DNA of 64,000 nucleotides from an uncultured delta proteobacterium (GTDB taxonomy: Bacteria > Desulfobacterota > Binatia > UBA9968), in the NCBI GenBank assembly GCA_963804165.1, contig CAWDPO010000042.1, positions 64,001 through 128,000 of the forward strand, written 5' to 3'. Under the pieces are notes generated by a model that saw only the letters and a list, made by a program, of their open reading frames with translations, searched no databases and was not told where the DNA came from. The translations under genes and the position numbers were made by a program. Numbering within the stretch: the stretch's first letter is position 1; each line of letters starts with the position of its first letter. Of the stretch, positions 1-13,007 are shown in pieces.

Positions 1-237
1 TCGGCTCCCTGGTATTGCCAGCAGTTCAGCTCGGTAACAGCTTTGGGTTTGCAGGCTGGTGGCCGAATGTTCGCCTGTACTCAAGAGAGGAAGCTTTGTC
101 TATTCTAGGTGAGCCGTATGAGCTGTTTGCACTCGAACGGGCTGCATACGATCGGCTTAGAGGAAGATCTTCGACCCGCCCGCTGGTCTCGTCCTCTCAG
201 CCTAATACGTCATGCCGCACATACTTCCGAATCCTAA

Positions 238-2239
238 CCCGACTTCGCGGATTCGCGGGGTTCAAAGGTTATAAGTAGTTGATAAATCAATCAGAGACTC
301 CCCAAGGTCTGCACTACAGAGCAGTGGCTGAGGTGGCTTGAGCAGCGCTGATCTTGGGCGACGGTTGTGCCGGTAGTCTGTAGCTTGAGTTTGTCCAACA
401 GCAATCTTAGTTCGGGCTGGGGTTGGCTGGTGCGCGTAAGAATGACCTGGCGACCGTCGCTGGTAGGCAGATGCACGTCGATCATTTGCATAGCGGCGAC
501 CTGCTCCAGCACACTGCGTGTCGTCAGTCCTGGCGCGAGCGAACCTAACCGTTTCCCAGCGTCACGTGCAGACAATAGGCCAGAAACGATACGAAGATGT
601 GCGCTTCGACACGCTTTTCGTTTTGATGAAAGATCGGCCGGATCGCCAGATCGCCCTTGAGGTTCTTGAACGCCTCTTCCACCGCCACCAGTTGCAGGTA
701 CAAGCTCCACAGCTTGGCCGGATCGCTCTCGGTCAGATTGGTGCGCAGCAAGTAGCGCCCTTCGCGTCGCCGCGCTCGACGCAGTTTTTCCCTGTGCAAG
801 CGATAGGTGAAAGAGGCGCCTGGTTTGGCCACCTCTATTTTGATTAAGCGCCAAGCACTGGGGGCTGCCTGTTTTGCCGCGCCGAGCTTCATGAGCTAGT
901 TCTTCACGCGTGAGCGTCATGGCGCTCAGTTGCTTGAGCCTTGCCCACAGCCACTTTAGTCGGCGCCGGCGCATCGAGCGCTCCTTGGCGATCCGATCGT
1001 GGCTCTCGGCCAGTACGTACAGCTCCCTTATTGCGCCAACGGTTTCACTTTGACTACGGGTCGCGCGCTGCGCCAGGGCTTATCCACAAGTTGCTTCTCT
1101 AACCGGGTTAAACATCCCCTGGGCGTACCTACCAAATACTTGACCGGCGGACCACTGTGGCGCATCTCGTGGAGCACTGCTTCGGTCGGGATGCCCCGAT
1201 CCATTAGCCAGATGCGCTCGGCCTTGCCGTATTGGGTTTCGATCTTTTGCAAAAACTCCCTCAGCGTCGTTTTGTCCGAAGTGTTACCCGCCAGCACTTC
1301 GTAGGCCAGCGGAAAACCCTGCGGTGTCACGATCAGCGCGATCACCACCTGCACACAGTCGCTGCGCTTGTCGCGGCTGTGGCCAAAGCGCCGCTTGTCG
1401 TTCTCATCTTGCGGCGGATCGCACTCAAAATAGGTGCTGGTCAAGTCTAGAGCGCACCTCGAAGCTGGCGTTGAACAGATCGCGCCAGCGCCCTACCAGA
1501 TGATCGAACAACGCCTGTTTGTGTTCAAGCAAAAGATCATGGCAGGCATAGAGCTTGTGGGACTCCGCCAGGCTGAAGTCCGATCCGAGCAAATCAGCGA
1601 GTGCGCAGCCTCCGAACCACTGGCGGTGAAGCCGCACTCGCTGCCCGGTGCGATAAACCGGTAGGCCACCAGCACTAACAGCACTTGATCCCAGCGCGTC
1701 CCTTTGCGGCTGGGAGAAAGACGCTCGCTCCAGAATCGATCCAGCTCCAACTCCTGCCACAGCTTGACCACCAGCCAGCACGCGCCCCACTGGCGTGGCC
1801 GGCAAAGCTCCGGCTCCGATGACCGCATCCGCATCACCGACTCATGGAGATCACCGATTCACAGCGATCTGTCGGAAACGGCGCCATCGTACTCGGTCGC
1901 TGCTGGCCGTCTACGAACCCTTCAATCGATTTACGCCACGCCAACTCTTGTCAAGAATTGATCTCGCCCAGATAAAGACTTGGCGTTGCACCACGCCGCA
2001 TCGGCCACGCGCTAGTTCTCGACAATGGTAAAGTAGCGGTGTTCTTTGCCGTCTTTCTTGCGGGCTGAGCAGCGCAGGAACATGATGCCCTTGGATTATC
2101 CACATCCTGCTGAGCTTGAACAGAGGTAAGCTTTGCACTACAAGCCGTTTCGCCTGCTTCGGCTCACCACATTTTTCTTAAATCCAACCACTTACACGAG
2201 CGATATTATTTTACCTAGCATCGAATCCGCGAAGTAAGG
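238..2239 (-). mobile_element. IS1634-family insertion sequence
   Basis: 18-bp imperfect terminal inverted repeats (CCCGACTTCGCGGATTCG at 238-255; reverse complement of 2222-2239 is CCTTACTTCGCGGATTCG) flanked by a CTAA duplication (234-237, 2240-2243); contains an IS1634-type transposase. Confidence 0.9.
291..2083 (-). CDS. IS1634-family DDE transposase (multiple frameshifts)
   Basis: Fragments MFLRCSARKKDGKEHRY, TSTYFE...FGHSRDKRSDCVQVVIALIVTPQGFPLAYEVLAGNTSD, MDRGIPT, VEEAFKNLKGDLAIRPIFHQ...VEAHIFVSFLAY. Confidence 0.88.
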
Positions 2240-2261
2240 CTAATTACTCACTTCAATCAAA

Positions 2262-2679
2262 ATGACTGACGAGATTGTCTCAACTCCGGGCGACAGCAGC
2301 GTTATCGCAACCATCCGCAAAGAATTGAGCGTGCGAGCACGTCACGCAAACGTAGAATTGGTGAACGCTTCATCGTCGCAGCGATTGGCAGCATTCCCTG
2401 GATCGGCGGTTTCATCGCGGGGGTCATTAGACAGTCCCGAGACGTCAACGAGGTTGGACAGTTCTTACGAAAGCGACCCGTGAAGCGTCGCGGATCGCCA
2501 CCAACCACCATAGAGTCCGCCTTTGAGGACTCGAAGCAGTACGTGCTAACCAACTCGTCAAGCAGTTTATTCACTACACGATGAACGAGACGGTTGCACG
2601 GCTCGCTGGAGAAATCTCGCAGCGACCTGAAGGCACGTGCGGCATAGCAAAGGTGTCGCGGATAAACGTCCTGGATTGA
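2262..2679 (+). pseudogene. Fragmented hypothetical protein, probably with an internal deletion
   Basis: Protein-like pieces in shifting frames: RKRRIGERFIVAAIGSIPWIGGFIA, GVIRQSRDVNEVGQFLRK...SAFEDSKQYVLT, KQFIHYTMNETVARL. Confidence 0.35.
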
Positions 2680-2774
2680 CGTGAGCAACATCGGCCGCGC
2701 AGCTTACACCTTGGTCATTTGCCGCTGAATCAGCCTCTGCTGATAGTCGGGTACCGCGAATGGCTCGAATTCAA

Positions 2775-3128
2775 TTAGGGCTGGGCGTATTTCTTGTAGA
2801 TCACATCCGTCTTGGCTGCCATGATGAAATCGTTCTTATGTAGATTTTTGATCTTGTGCGTCCACCAAGTGACGGCGACTTTGCCCCACTCCGTCGTGAG
2901 GCGTGGGTGATGACCTTCTTCTTCCGCCGTTTCGCCGACCTCGTCTGTAAACGCAATGGCGTCTTTGAAGTTTTTGAACTTGTATAATCGATCCAATTTC
3001 GGAATCCCGTCTTCGGTGATAACTTGCCAATCCGGCACCTGCGGCTTAAGGGCTTTCATCTCTTCTGCCGTGACCGACGGGGCACCGACTTGGCAAGCTA
3101 CGCATTTTTGTTCGGTGAGCTCTTCCAT
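2775..3128 (-). CDS. phhB: Pterin-4-alpha-carbinolamine dehydratase
   Basis: AEEEGHHP...[21 protein letters not shown] motifs. Confidence 0.92.
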   Translation of the reverse strand: MEELTEQKCVACQVGAPSVTAEEMKALKPQVPDWQVITEDGIPKLDRLYKFKNFKDAIAFTDEVGETAEEEGHHPRLTTEWGKVAVTWWTHKIKNLHKNDFIMAAKTDVIYKKYAQP

Positions 3129-3168
3129 GTCTTAATTCCTCCCGTACGTTCAATCCTCCTGCCGTAAA

Positions 3169-4222
3169 TCACAACTTCGGCATCACATCTTGAGTAAAGC
3201 GCTGCATCGAATCCATTACAAGCGGATGCGGCACGGTTCCAATATTAAACCACGTAAGTAGATGCTTCGCGCCGGTGCTTTCTGCCAGCTCTTTAAGTTT
3301 CTCCACCGCCAAGTTGTCATCTCCGATAACCGAGTGCTTCTCACACACAGTGTCGAACCCAACCATGGCGCCCGCGGCGGTACGGAGCCGCGCCGGTAAC
3401 TCGACGCCGCGGCGATTTAGCCAGTCAGTATAATCCAGGCGCAAATCGAGAATGGTTTTGAAGTAACTCATCACGCCGGCTACCGACCGCGCCTTGGCTT
3501 CCGCGGTTGTCGCGGCTAAATGCATCGGCACCAATAGTCCTAGCTCTCTCTGTTGTGGATCATGTCCATGGTCCTCTAATCCCGCCCAGTACGCGTTCGC
3601 ATATTCGACGACTTGTTCCGGTGTCCGAGTGTGAATTGGTAGGAACATGTTTATCCCGAGGCGCGCGCCGACTTCGACGCCGTCGAGCGAGCTGGTTGCC
3701 ATGTAAAACGGAGGCAACGGTTGTTGGACCGGTTTCGGATTGACGATCACTTCAGGGATTTGAAAAAACTTGCCGTTGTGGATGAGTGTCGGTTCCGACC
3801 ACGCTTTGCGAATCACCTCAAGGGACTCGGCCATCACCTCGTGAGTAGATTTGTGGTCGGCGCCGAAGCATTCGTACGCTCGGCTGTGCGGATGTCCTCC
3901 GCCGGCGGCGAAATCCATCCGGCCGTTGCTGACCAGATCGAGCATCGCCGCTTCTTCCGCCAGCTGCACCGGATGGTGCACGGGTAAAGTGTTAACCGCG
4001 ACGCCGAGGCGAAGCCGTTTGGTTCTCTGCGCCACCGCGCCGAGCACGACATAAGGCGCGGACAACAGCGAAAACTTCGGCTGACAGTGAATCTCGGCGA
4101 TCCAGTAAGTGGAGAATCCCAAGCGATCGGCCAGCTCAGCTTGTTCCATGAATTCTTCGAGCCGTGCCGCCGGGGACGATCCCGGCGGGCATTGAATTTC
4201 GGTAAACAGGCTGATATTTCAC
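3169..4222 (-). CDS. LLM-class flavin-dependent oxidoreductase (luciferase-like)
   Basis: AELADRLGFSTYWIAE, TKRLRLGVAV, LAEEAAMLDLVSNGR, PKPVQQP; N-terminus frameshifted. Confidence 0.9.
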
Positions 4223-4261
4223 TTTTTGCCTTTCCCTTCGTCGCCGCCGACCCTACGAAAG

Positions 4262-5107
4262 CTATGACTTCTTGTTGCGTTTTTCATTGGCATCGACAAC
4301 GCGATTGGCCGACGCAGCTAACTGCCGGGTGATCGGGACATCAATGTCGTACAGCCGCGCCAGCTCCGCGACGAGTGGAATGTCTTTGTTCAAAACGTTC
4401 CGCCCCGATCTCGGCAGCGGATCGTTGCCCGAAGGATCGAACGTGCGCTGCCAGCGGTTGAGCACACTGTTGTGGCCGATGCGGCGCATCACCTCTAACG
4501 CTTTCGGATACGGAATACCGCCGGCCAAACCGATTTGAATCGCTTCGTGCACGATCAGCGTCTCAGCGCCGCCGAGCATGTTCACGATCAGCTTCCCCAC
4601 AGCTCCGGTGCCAAGCGGCCCCATGTGAAAAACTTCTTTGCTCATTTTGAGCAGATGCGGCTTCGCGCGTTCGCACCAAGTCGTCCGCTCCGCCGACGAC
4701 AAAACACAATTCGCCGGCGCGCACCGTGTCCGGTACGCCGGTCATACAAGCGTCGATCACGTGCACGCCTTTGCCGCTTGCTGCTTGCGCGACTTTAATC
4801 ATCGTCTGCGGCAGTATCGAACTGTGCAGCAGCAACAGAGTTCCCGGCTGCGCAATTCGCCAAAACACCATGCGAGTCCGATAACGCAATCGAGCATGTC
4901 CTCATCGGTGCGTACGACGATATCGATCAGCGTCGACTCCGCGGCAACTTCCGCCGCGCTGCCGACAGTTCGCATGCCCAATGCCCCCGCCTGCTCCAGC
5001 GCCGGCGCGTAGGCGTCGTAGCAGACGGCGTTAACGCCCGCGACCTTGAGCCGTTCCAACAGCGCCAATCCCATGGCGCCGGTGCCGATCATGCCGATCT
5101 TTTCCAC
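4262..5107 (-). CDS. NAD(P)-dependent oxidoreductase, 3-hydroxyisobutyrate/6PGD family (frameshifted)
   Basis: KIGMIGTGAMG, HMGPLGTGAVGKLIVN, KDIPL across ORFs 4799-5107, 4563-4889 and 4262-4702. Confidence 0.85.
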
Positions 5108-5183
5108 GTTTACTCCTATGTCGGTCGGAACGGTGAAGCGTTATCCTTTGAGCAGGTTAAGGGAAGCGGCGGTGATTCGTGAA

Positions 5184-6788
5184 TCAATAGCCCAACGCGT
5201 AGGCGACGCGGCGCGGGTCGGCGCCGCCGAGCCAGCAGCCGTTTTCTTGGTCGCTGACGATCACTTTCGCGCTGCCGAACGACCAACGCTCGACAACCGA
5301 CACATCGTGACCCTTTTTGCGCAAATCATCGAGCGTTGCTTGGTCCAAGCCTTCTTCCACACGCAGTGACTCCGGTAACTGATCGCGCGGCGGCGTGCCG
5401 GGCTGGTGGCTCCAGCGCGGTGCTTCGACAGCGCTTTGCGGATCCATTCCTAGATCGACGAGATCGTGAATGATTTGGAAGTTCGTCTGCGGCTGTTCGT
5501 CGGCGCCCGGGCTGCCGCCCACGGCGAAGACTTCGTTGCCGCGGAAGACCATGTAGGTATTCAGCGTGTGCGCCGGGCGTTTTCCCGGCTTGAGTGCGTT
5601 GGCCTTCTCGGATCGAGACCGAAACTGCACAGGCGATTATTCATGATCACGCCGGTATCGCCGGCGATCACGCGCGAACCGAACGGCGCGAAGATGCTTT
5701 GGATAAATGAAATCGCGTTGCCGTCGTGATCCGCCGCGCAAAGATACGTCGTGTCGCTGCTCTGATTCGCGACCGTTGTCGCCGGCCGATTCATGACGTC
5801 ACCGAATAGTTCACGCCGCTTTGCTGCATGCTCTTTGGAAATCAGCATGGCGATTTTCGGATCGCCGAATTTCGGATCTTCCAAGATAGCGGATGCGGTC
5901 CTCGAAAGCCAGTTTCTTCGCTGCGACTTGACAATGAATCATATCCGCCCGGCTCATGCTGCCGTCGTGGAAGGGCCACGCCTCGGCGATGTTGAGCATC
6001 TCGAGAACCATGAAGCCCTGGGATACCGGCGGTTGCTCGTAAACCAGGGTGTTACGGTACGTCGAGCTCACCGGATCCAGCCACTGACAAACTGATCGGC
6101 TGCAAATCTTCGGGCGCAAGAATGCCACCTTCGGCTTTGATCGTCGCGCAGATCTTATCGGCGATTTCTCCGGCATAAAATCCGTCGCGACCTTTTTGCG
6201 CGATTCTTTCGAGCACGTCGCCCAAACCCTTTTGCACGAGAATCTTTCCCGGCTTCGGCGTGCCGAAAGGCTGACGATAACATGCGATCGACCCAGGGAA
6301 ATTCGACGCTGAACTCGTCGATACTTTCGGCAAATTCCTGTGAGATCGGAAAACCCGTGCGCGCGATGCGAATCGCGTCGGCCATCAATCGCGCCAAATC
6401 TTTTGTGCCGTATTTTTTGTGCAGCTCCAGCCAGCCATCGACGGCGCCCGGCACGGCGATGCTCAGCGGCCCATATTGCGGAATGGTTTTCAATCCGCGC
6501 TCGTGAAAATATTCGATGCTCGCCTTCGCCGGCGCCGGGCCGCTGGAGTTGAGCGCTTCCACTTTGCCGGTCTTTTTCATGTAGACCAGCGCAAACAGAT
6601 CGCCGCCGGGACCGCTGGTTTCAGGTTTAACTACCGCCATAACGAACGCCGCGGCGAGCGCGGCGTCGACCGCATTGCCGCCTTCCCGGAGAATATCGAC
6701 GCCGCTAAGCGCCCCTAGTTGATGGCCGGAGGAAACCATGCCGTTCTGCCCCATGATCACCGGCCGTGCCGCTTTGGCGAAATTTCAT
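5184..6788 (-). CDS. ggt: Gamma-glutamyltransferase family protein (frameshifted)
   Basis: GGNAVDAALA, DTTYLCAADHDGNAISFIQS, PGKRPAHTLN, GGADPRR. Confidence 0.9.
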
Positions 6789-6796
6789 GTGGCTCC

Positions 6797-7813
6797 TAAT
6801 TCCAAGAACTCTCGCGGCATTGCCGCCAAGAATTTTTTCTTTGTCGATTGTATTGAGATCGAGTCCGTCAATCGCTTTGAGACTGTTTTTTACCAGCACA
6901 CAACCTTCTTCCGGACCATAGGGATAATTGGTTCCCAAAACCATTCTGTCCGGGACCGAAAAAATCTTTCACGCAGCGAAGTGTCGACGCCGGATGATCC
7001 GCCGTATCGACGTAAAATCGCCGAAACGAGTCGAGAGGATTTTCTTTGAGACCGTATTTGTGGCGAATCTCGTCGGTGCGGCCGGTGTAGATGTTGATCG
7101 CTCGCTGGGCGAAGAATGCCAACACGCCGCCGACGTCGGCGACAACCCAGTTGATCTCCGGAAAGCGCTCCAGCACCCGGCCATAAACCAGCCGCGTCAT
7201 GGCCACGGTGCTGTCGAAAGCCCAGCCGAAGATCAGTGTCGGCATGATGTCGATGCCGGTCGCTTCCGTCGCCAGCGGCGCGGTCGGATGGATATAAACC
7301 GGCAGCTTGTATTTCGCCAGCCGCTCGTAAATCGGAAACAGTTCTTCGCGGTCAAGAGCCTGACCGTTGAAATTGGCAAAGCAGCCGAAACCGCGCAGTC
7401 CAAGCTCGTTAACCGAGCGTTCCAGCTCATCAAGCGACGCTTTGATATCACAAGTCGGCAGCGTGAAAGAAGCCGATGAAACGGTTGGGATGCTTACGCG
7501 CGATCGCGGCGATGGCGTCATTGGCGACGCGGGCGATTTTGATGGCGCCCTCGCCTTCGAAACGGTCCGCGCCCGGCGCCGGAATCGTCAGCACATGGAC
7601 GTCGATACCCAGCTGATCCATATGCATGAAGCCGTTTTCGATATTTTGTCCCTGCAACGTCGCCGTGTTGATGCGGCACTGCAGTTTCTTGTCATAAAAA
7701 TAGGTCATGCCGCTATGCGGGTCGGGCTCTTCGAAAATCACCGCGCCGTCGAGCCGCTTCATCTCGGCGAGATAGGCTTCGGGAAACACATGTGCTTGAA
7801 AATCAATGATCAT
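6797..7813 (-). CDS. Amidohydrolase family protein (amidohydro_2, frameshifted)
   Basis: IIDFQAHVFP, LPVYIHP, FYVDTA, GTNYPY, ILGGNAARVL. Confidence 0.85.
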
Positions 7814-7821
7814 AAAACATT

Positions 7822-7903
7822 CGTTCAAGGTTCCGGGTTCAAAGTTCAAAGCTCAGAATTCTTTCGCAACTTGGAACCTTGAAGGTTGAACTTTGAACTG
7901 AAA
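7822..7903. repeat. Intergenic heptamer tandem repeats in inverted arrangement (GTTCAAA/TTGAACT type)
   Basis: gttcaaggttccgggttcaaagttcaaag ... cttggaaccttgaaggttgaactttgaact can form a long hairpin. Confidence 0.6.
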
Positions 7904-7974
7904 GTAGCGCCGCCAACCCGAAGTCGTTCATGGTTGTAAAGGTCCTGCCTCGCCTGAATACCGCGCGACAATTC

Positions 7975-9009
7975 TTATAGGCCATATAACGCGCGCGCGT
8001 TGTCGTCGAGAATCTTGTTGACGACATGCGGCGGCACCGTGCCGTCTTCTTTGAGTTTGCGCAGCGCGAGGATCTCCGACGAAGTATCGTTATGGCCGTA
8101 ATCCGTGCCGATCACCAGCATGTCGTCGCCGGAATATTTGAGCACATAGGGCAGATCGTCATCGGTCTGGCAGGTGACCCAGATTTTGTTCTTGCGCAGC
8201 ACTTCGCTCTTGTCGACCTTGGCGCCGTTGCGCTCGAAGCGCCGCGCGTAGTCGTGGATCGCGTAGGGTACCCACTGGGAACTGACTTCGATAAACGCCC
8301 ATTTGGTCTTGGGAAATTTTTCCGGAATCCGGTTGAAGATCAGCGAGTGAAACGAGCCGACCACGGCAAGCTTGAATTTGTTAAAGCCGCACTCGTGGCG
8401 AAAGTAATCGTGCACCGCGAAACTGCCAGTGGCGGAATGCACGCAAACCGGCAGGTCGAGTTTGCCGGCTTCCTCATAGATCGGAAAAAAATGGTCGTCG
8501 CTGCACGCGCTTGTCGCCTTCCAGGCCGCGCATGAAGATGCCGCAGGCGCCGTTCTCCTTGGCAAAGCGCGCTTCTTCCATCGCTTTGTCCATGGAAAGC
8601 AGCGGCAACACCGCCACCCAGCGCAACCGCTCCGGCGCCTTTTTCCAAATATCGATCAGCCAACGATTGTAGCTTCGGGTCACAGCCAGCTCGACCTCCG
8701 GGCGGCGGGTGAACGGCCGCAGGAAAATCGTCGGATAAAGCACTTGGACATCGATGTCGAGCTCGTCCATATGTTTAAGGCGCGCTTTGATATCTTCCAT
8801 TTCGCGGGATTCGCGCGACGGTATCGTGGCCGACGTTGCGCGCTTTGCCGATATAGGTGCCGTCGACCAGCCACGATTCACCGCCCGATGCGGAGTCGTT
8901 CGGCGTCGGCACGATGCGCGGTTTGCGCATATGCGCGTTCCGACTCCAACATGTAGTCCCAGGTGTGTTCGGTCTCGAACACATGCGCATCCGAATCGAT
9001 CACTGCCAT
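7975..9009 (-). CDS. Amidohydrolase family protein (frameshifted)
   Basis: VIDSDAHVFE, MDELDIDVQVLYPT, LPVCVH, IGTDYGHND, ILDDNARALYGL. Confidence 0.88.
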
Positions 9010-9022
9010 CGCTAAAACCCTC

Positions 9023-9231
9023 CTAATCGCGAGCGTGGATTTCTCGCCGCCGGATCGACACCCGGCCTTCTCGGTTTTCGAACCCACCGAACTATTGCAT
9101 CCCTGACAGGTGTAGTCATACAGCTCGCCATCGGGCAGCACCAGCAACAACGTCTGGCGCACCGGCATGGCGCGGCCGCATTTATTACAGTAGAGCAAGC
9201 TCGCGTTGAATTGATCGTAGGACTGCTCCAT
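9023..9231 (-). CDS. Small zinc-ribbon hypothetical protein
   Basis: LYCNKCGRAMPVRQTLLLVLPDGELYDYTCQGC; 3' end frameshifted. Confidence 0.7.
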
Positions 9232-9240
9232 ACAGTCGCC

Positions 9241-11345
9241 TCAAGCCTTGTGTTCGCCGTTATGCTCCGCCGCCTTGCTCGCCTTGGCTTCTTTGATGAC
9301 TTTTTCCGCCAAATGCGCCGGCAACTCTTCGTAGTGCGCAAACTCCATATGGAACTCGCCGCGCCCACTGGTGATGGAGCGCAGATCCGGCGCATATTTC
9401 AACACCTCGGCCATGGGCACTTGCGACTTGATCACCTGGGTGTGACCTTTGGTGTCCATACCCAGCACTTTGCCGCGCCGGCTGTTAAGATCGCCGATCA
9501 CGTCGCCCATGCATTCGTCGGGCACCGAAATTTCCATGTTCATGATCGGCTCGAGCAGTACCGGTTTGGCTTTTTCGACGGCATTTTTAAATCCCATCGA
9601 TGCGGCGATCTTAAACGCCATATCTGAGGAATCGACATCATGGTACGAGCCGTCATACAAGGTCACGCGCACATCGACCATCTGATAACCCGCCAGATAA
9701 CCGCCCACCATTGCTTCTCGGATGCCTTTTTCCACCGCCGGGATATAATTGCGCGGGATCGCGCCGCCGACGATCTGGTCGACGAATTCAAATCCTTTAC
9801 CCGGCGGTAGCGGTTCGACCTTGAGCCAGGTATCACCGAACTGGCCGCGCCCGCCGGTTTGTTTTTTTTGCCTTCCTTGGGCGCTGGCGCTGCCGCGAAT
9901 GGTTTCTTTGTACGGCACCTTGGGCGCTTTCAGCATGACCTCCGCGCCGTATTTACGTTTCAATTTCTCGACGATGATCTCAATATGCTGCTGGCCCATG
10001 CCGGAAAGAATAAAATCGCGGGTTTCCTCGTCGCGGTGCATCTCGATGGTCTGATCTTCCTCCCTCATGCGATGCAAGCCCTGCGGCAACTTATCTTCAT
10101 CGGCTTTGCTTTTCGGCTCCAAGGCGAACGAAATGTTCGGCGAGAAATGGGCCGCGCCTTCGTAGCGGATCGGCGCCTTTTCGTCGCACAGCGTATCGCC
10201 GGTAGCGATGTCCTTGAATTTCGCCGCCGCGACGATTTCGCCGGCCACCGCTTCCTTCACCGCCTCTTGCTTCTTGCCTTCCAGGCGAAACAAGTGGCCC
10301 ATTTTTTCCTGCACTTGGCGGTTCGGCACATAGCACGTCATGTCTGGACGCGATTTTTCCCGACATCACCCGCATGATCGAAAGCTTGCCGGCAAAAGGG
10401 TCGATGACCGTCTTAAATACATACGCCGAAAACGGCGCGTTGGGATCGGCCGCGCGTTTGATCGTTTCGCCGTTGGCGGGGTTGTCACCCTCGGCCTCGC
10501 CTTCGTCGAGCGGCGACGGCAGATAATCAGTGACGGCATCGAGTAGTTGCGCCATGCCGATCTGGCGCAGCGGCGCGCCAAAAAGGATCGGATAGATTCT
10601 TCGCTCCCGGGTGCCTTCGCGGATCGCTTTCTTTAACTCTTCGGTGCACAACTCTTTCCCGTCGAGAAACTTTTCGAAAAGCTCGTCATCGGTTCGGCAA
10701 CGTCTTCGACCATTTTCTGCCGCCACTCGTCTGCAGCGTCCTTCAGATCGGCAGGGATTTCGGTTTCGGGAATTTTCCCGAGTCGCCCTCGTAGATATAG
10801 GCCTTCATCGACAAAAGATCGACGACGCCTTTGAAATTCGCCTCCGCGCCGATCGGCATTTGCAGATAAATCCCTTTGGCTTCCAAAGTTTCCAGCATCG
10901 GCGCGATACGCGCTTCGACGTTGGCCTGTTCATGGTCCATCTTGCTGACGAAAACAAGCGGCTCACACGGTCTTCATTGGCTCTCGCCCACAAGTCGCTC
11001 GGACTCGACACGCAGTCCGACCGAGGGATTGAGCACGAACACCGCGCCACTACAGGCGCGCATGCTATTGATCGAATCGGCCAGAAACGCCGCGTAGCCC
11101 GGCGTGTCGATCAAGGTGATGGCATGTTTCTTCCAAGATAAGGAGTGAAACGCCGTCGAGATCGACACGCGATGCTTGATCTCTTCCGGCTCATGATCCA
11201 ACACCGAGGTGCCGTCTTGAACCTTTCCCAGTCGCTGTGTCGCCCCGGCCGCAAACAACATCGCTTCTCCCAAAGAGGTTTTACCTGAACCTCCCTGACC
11301 CAGAATGCCGACGTTACGAAGTTTATCTAGCTCCGTTGCAGCCAT
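9241..11345 (-). CDS. fusA: Elongation factor G (EF-G2-like paralog outside the str operon; frameshifted)
   Basis: GQGGSGKTSL, DTPG, KKQTGGRGQFG, DGSYHDVDSSDMAFKIA, LLEPIM...GDLNSRRG. Confidence 0.93.
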
Positions 11346-11373
11346 GACAATGGGTTCCTCCCTTGAAAATTTT

Positions 11374-12166
11374 CTAAGTTTGCGCTCTTGCTCTTACCTC
11401 TTGGAGCGAATTTCTTTCGTGGATAATCCGCAACCCTTCAAGCGTTAAAAATTCATCCACCTCGTCGATGCTGGAACACTCCGATGCAACCAACGGCGCC
11501 AACCCGCCGGTGGCGACAACTTTGGCTTGCAGCCGTGTTGGTTCTTGAATGCGCTTCACGATGCCGTCGACCAGACCGACGTAGCCGTAAAAAATTCCGG
11601 CTTGGATCGAGTTGATCGTGTTGCGCCCGACCACCTCTTTGGGCTTGACGATCTCGATGCGCGGCAATTTCGACGCCCGCTGAACCAACGCTTCCAGGGA
11701 GATGGACAATCCCGGCGCGATGGCGCCGCCGATGTATTCGCCTTTTTTTGAGATCAGATCGATGGTCGTCGCCGTGCCGAAATCGACGATGATGCAAGTG
11801 TCGTGATATTTTTCGTACGCGGCAATGCCGTTGACGATGCGGTCGGCGCCGACATCCTTGGGGCTCTCGTAGAGAATCGGCATGCCGGTCTTGATCCCGG
11901 GCCCGACGATCAGCGGCTCGAGGTTGAAGAATTTCAGCCCAGCTCTTGGGTCGTCGTCAGCATCGGCGGCACGACGCAGGAGACCACAATGGCAGAAATT
12001 TGCGGCAGCGATAACCGGCATAGTCGATCAGCTGGGAAATGATGACGCCATACTCATCGGCGGTGCGCTCCGCCTGGGTCGCCAAGCGCCAGTGGGTAAT
12101 CAACTTCTTGCCCTGGTAGAGACCAAGAACGATGTTGGTGTTACCGATATCGATGGCCAGAAGCAT
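11374..12166 (-). CDS. coaX: Type III pantothenate kinase (frameshifted)
   Basis: [40 protein letters not shown]. Confidence 0.93.
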
Positions 12167-12178
12167 GGATATTCGATA

Positions 12179-13000
12179 TCAACTCTCCAGCGGAATCACA
12201 TCGCCGGCGATAAATACTTTGCAGCTACTCCGCGCTCGTCTTCAATGAATCAGCGCGCCGTCCCGGTCGATGCCTCGCGCCCGTCCGGTGATAATTTGAT
12301 CGAGCAACTCGACGCGCACGCGCCGCCCGCGCAAGCCAAAGTGCGCCTTCCCAACGCGGCCCGCAGAGCCTCAAAGCCGGATTCTTCAAGCTCTCCATAG
12401 CACCGGTCGAGGGCTTGAATCAATCGTCTGCAGAAAGCTTTCGCGGTCGAATCCACCTGCGTCAAATCCGCGATCGAAGTCGCGCGCTGGCGAATCTCCT
12501 CCGGCATCGAATCGATGCGGTAGTTAACATTAACACCGATGCCAAGAATGACATATTCCATGCGTTCCGGAGCGCAAGCGGCTTCGGTGAGAATGCCCGC
12601 CAGCTTTTTGCCGTCGACCAAAATATCGTTGGGCCATTTGATCGTCGGCGCTTGCGGGATGAACGATCCGACGGTTTCAGCCAGCGCCACGGCGGCCATC
12701 AAAGTAATTTGCGGCGCATGGGCCGGCGCCAGAGTGGGACGAAGATGATCGAGAAATAGAGATTGGCGAAGCGGCGGCGATTCCCAGCGCCGGCCCAGCC
12801 GGCCGCGCCCTTGGGTTTGCGACTCAGCGATCACCACCTCGCCTTCGCCCGCACCTTTCTCGGCAAGCTCGCGGGCGTAGCTGTTGGTCGAAGTCGAGTT
12901 CGGCGAAGTAATGAAACTTGGCATCGAGCCGGTCGCGCGCCAAACGTTGGTGAATTTTCCCGGCGTCGAGCGGTGCGCCGACCGCCCCATCTGAAATGAA
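12179..13000 (-). CDS. birA: Biotin--[acetyl-CoA-carboxylase] ligase (frameshifted)
   Basis: STN, QTQGRGRLGRRW, KWPND, KKLAGIL, GIGVNVN. Confidence 0.92.
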
Positions 13001-13007
13001 ACGGGGA

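Noticed and set aside
15-237. ORF fragment at the window start
   Set aside because: Truncated by the window edge and the IS; no motif allows a call.
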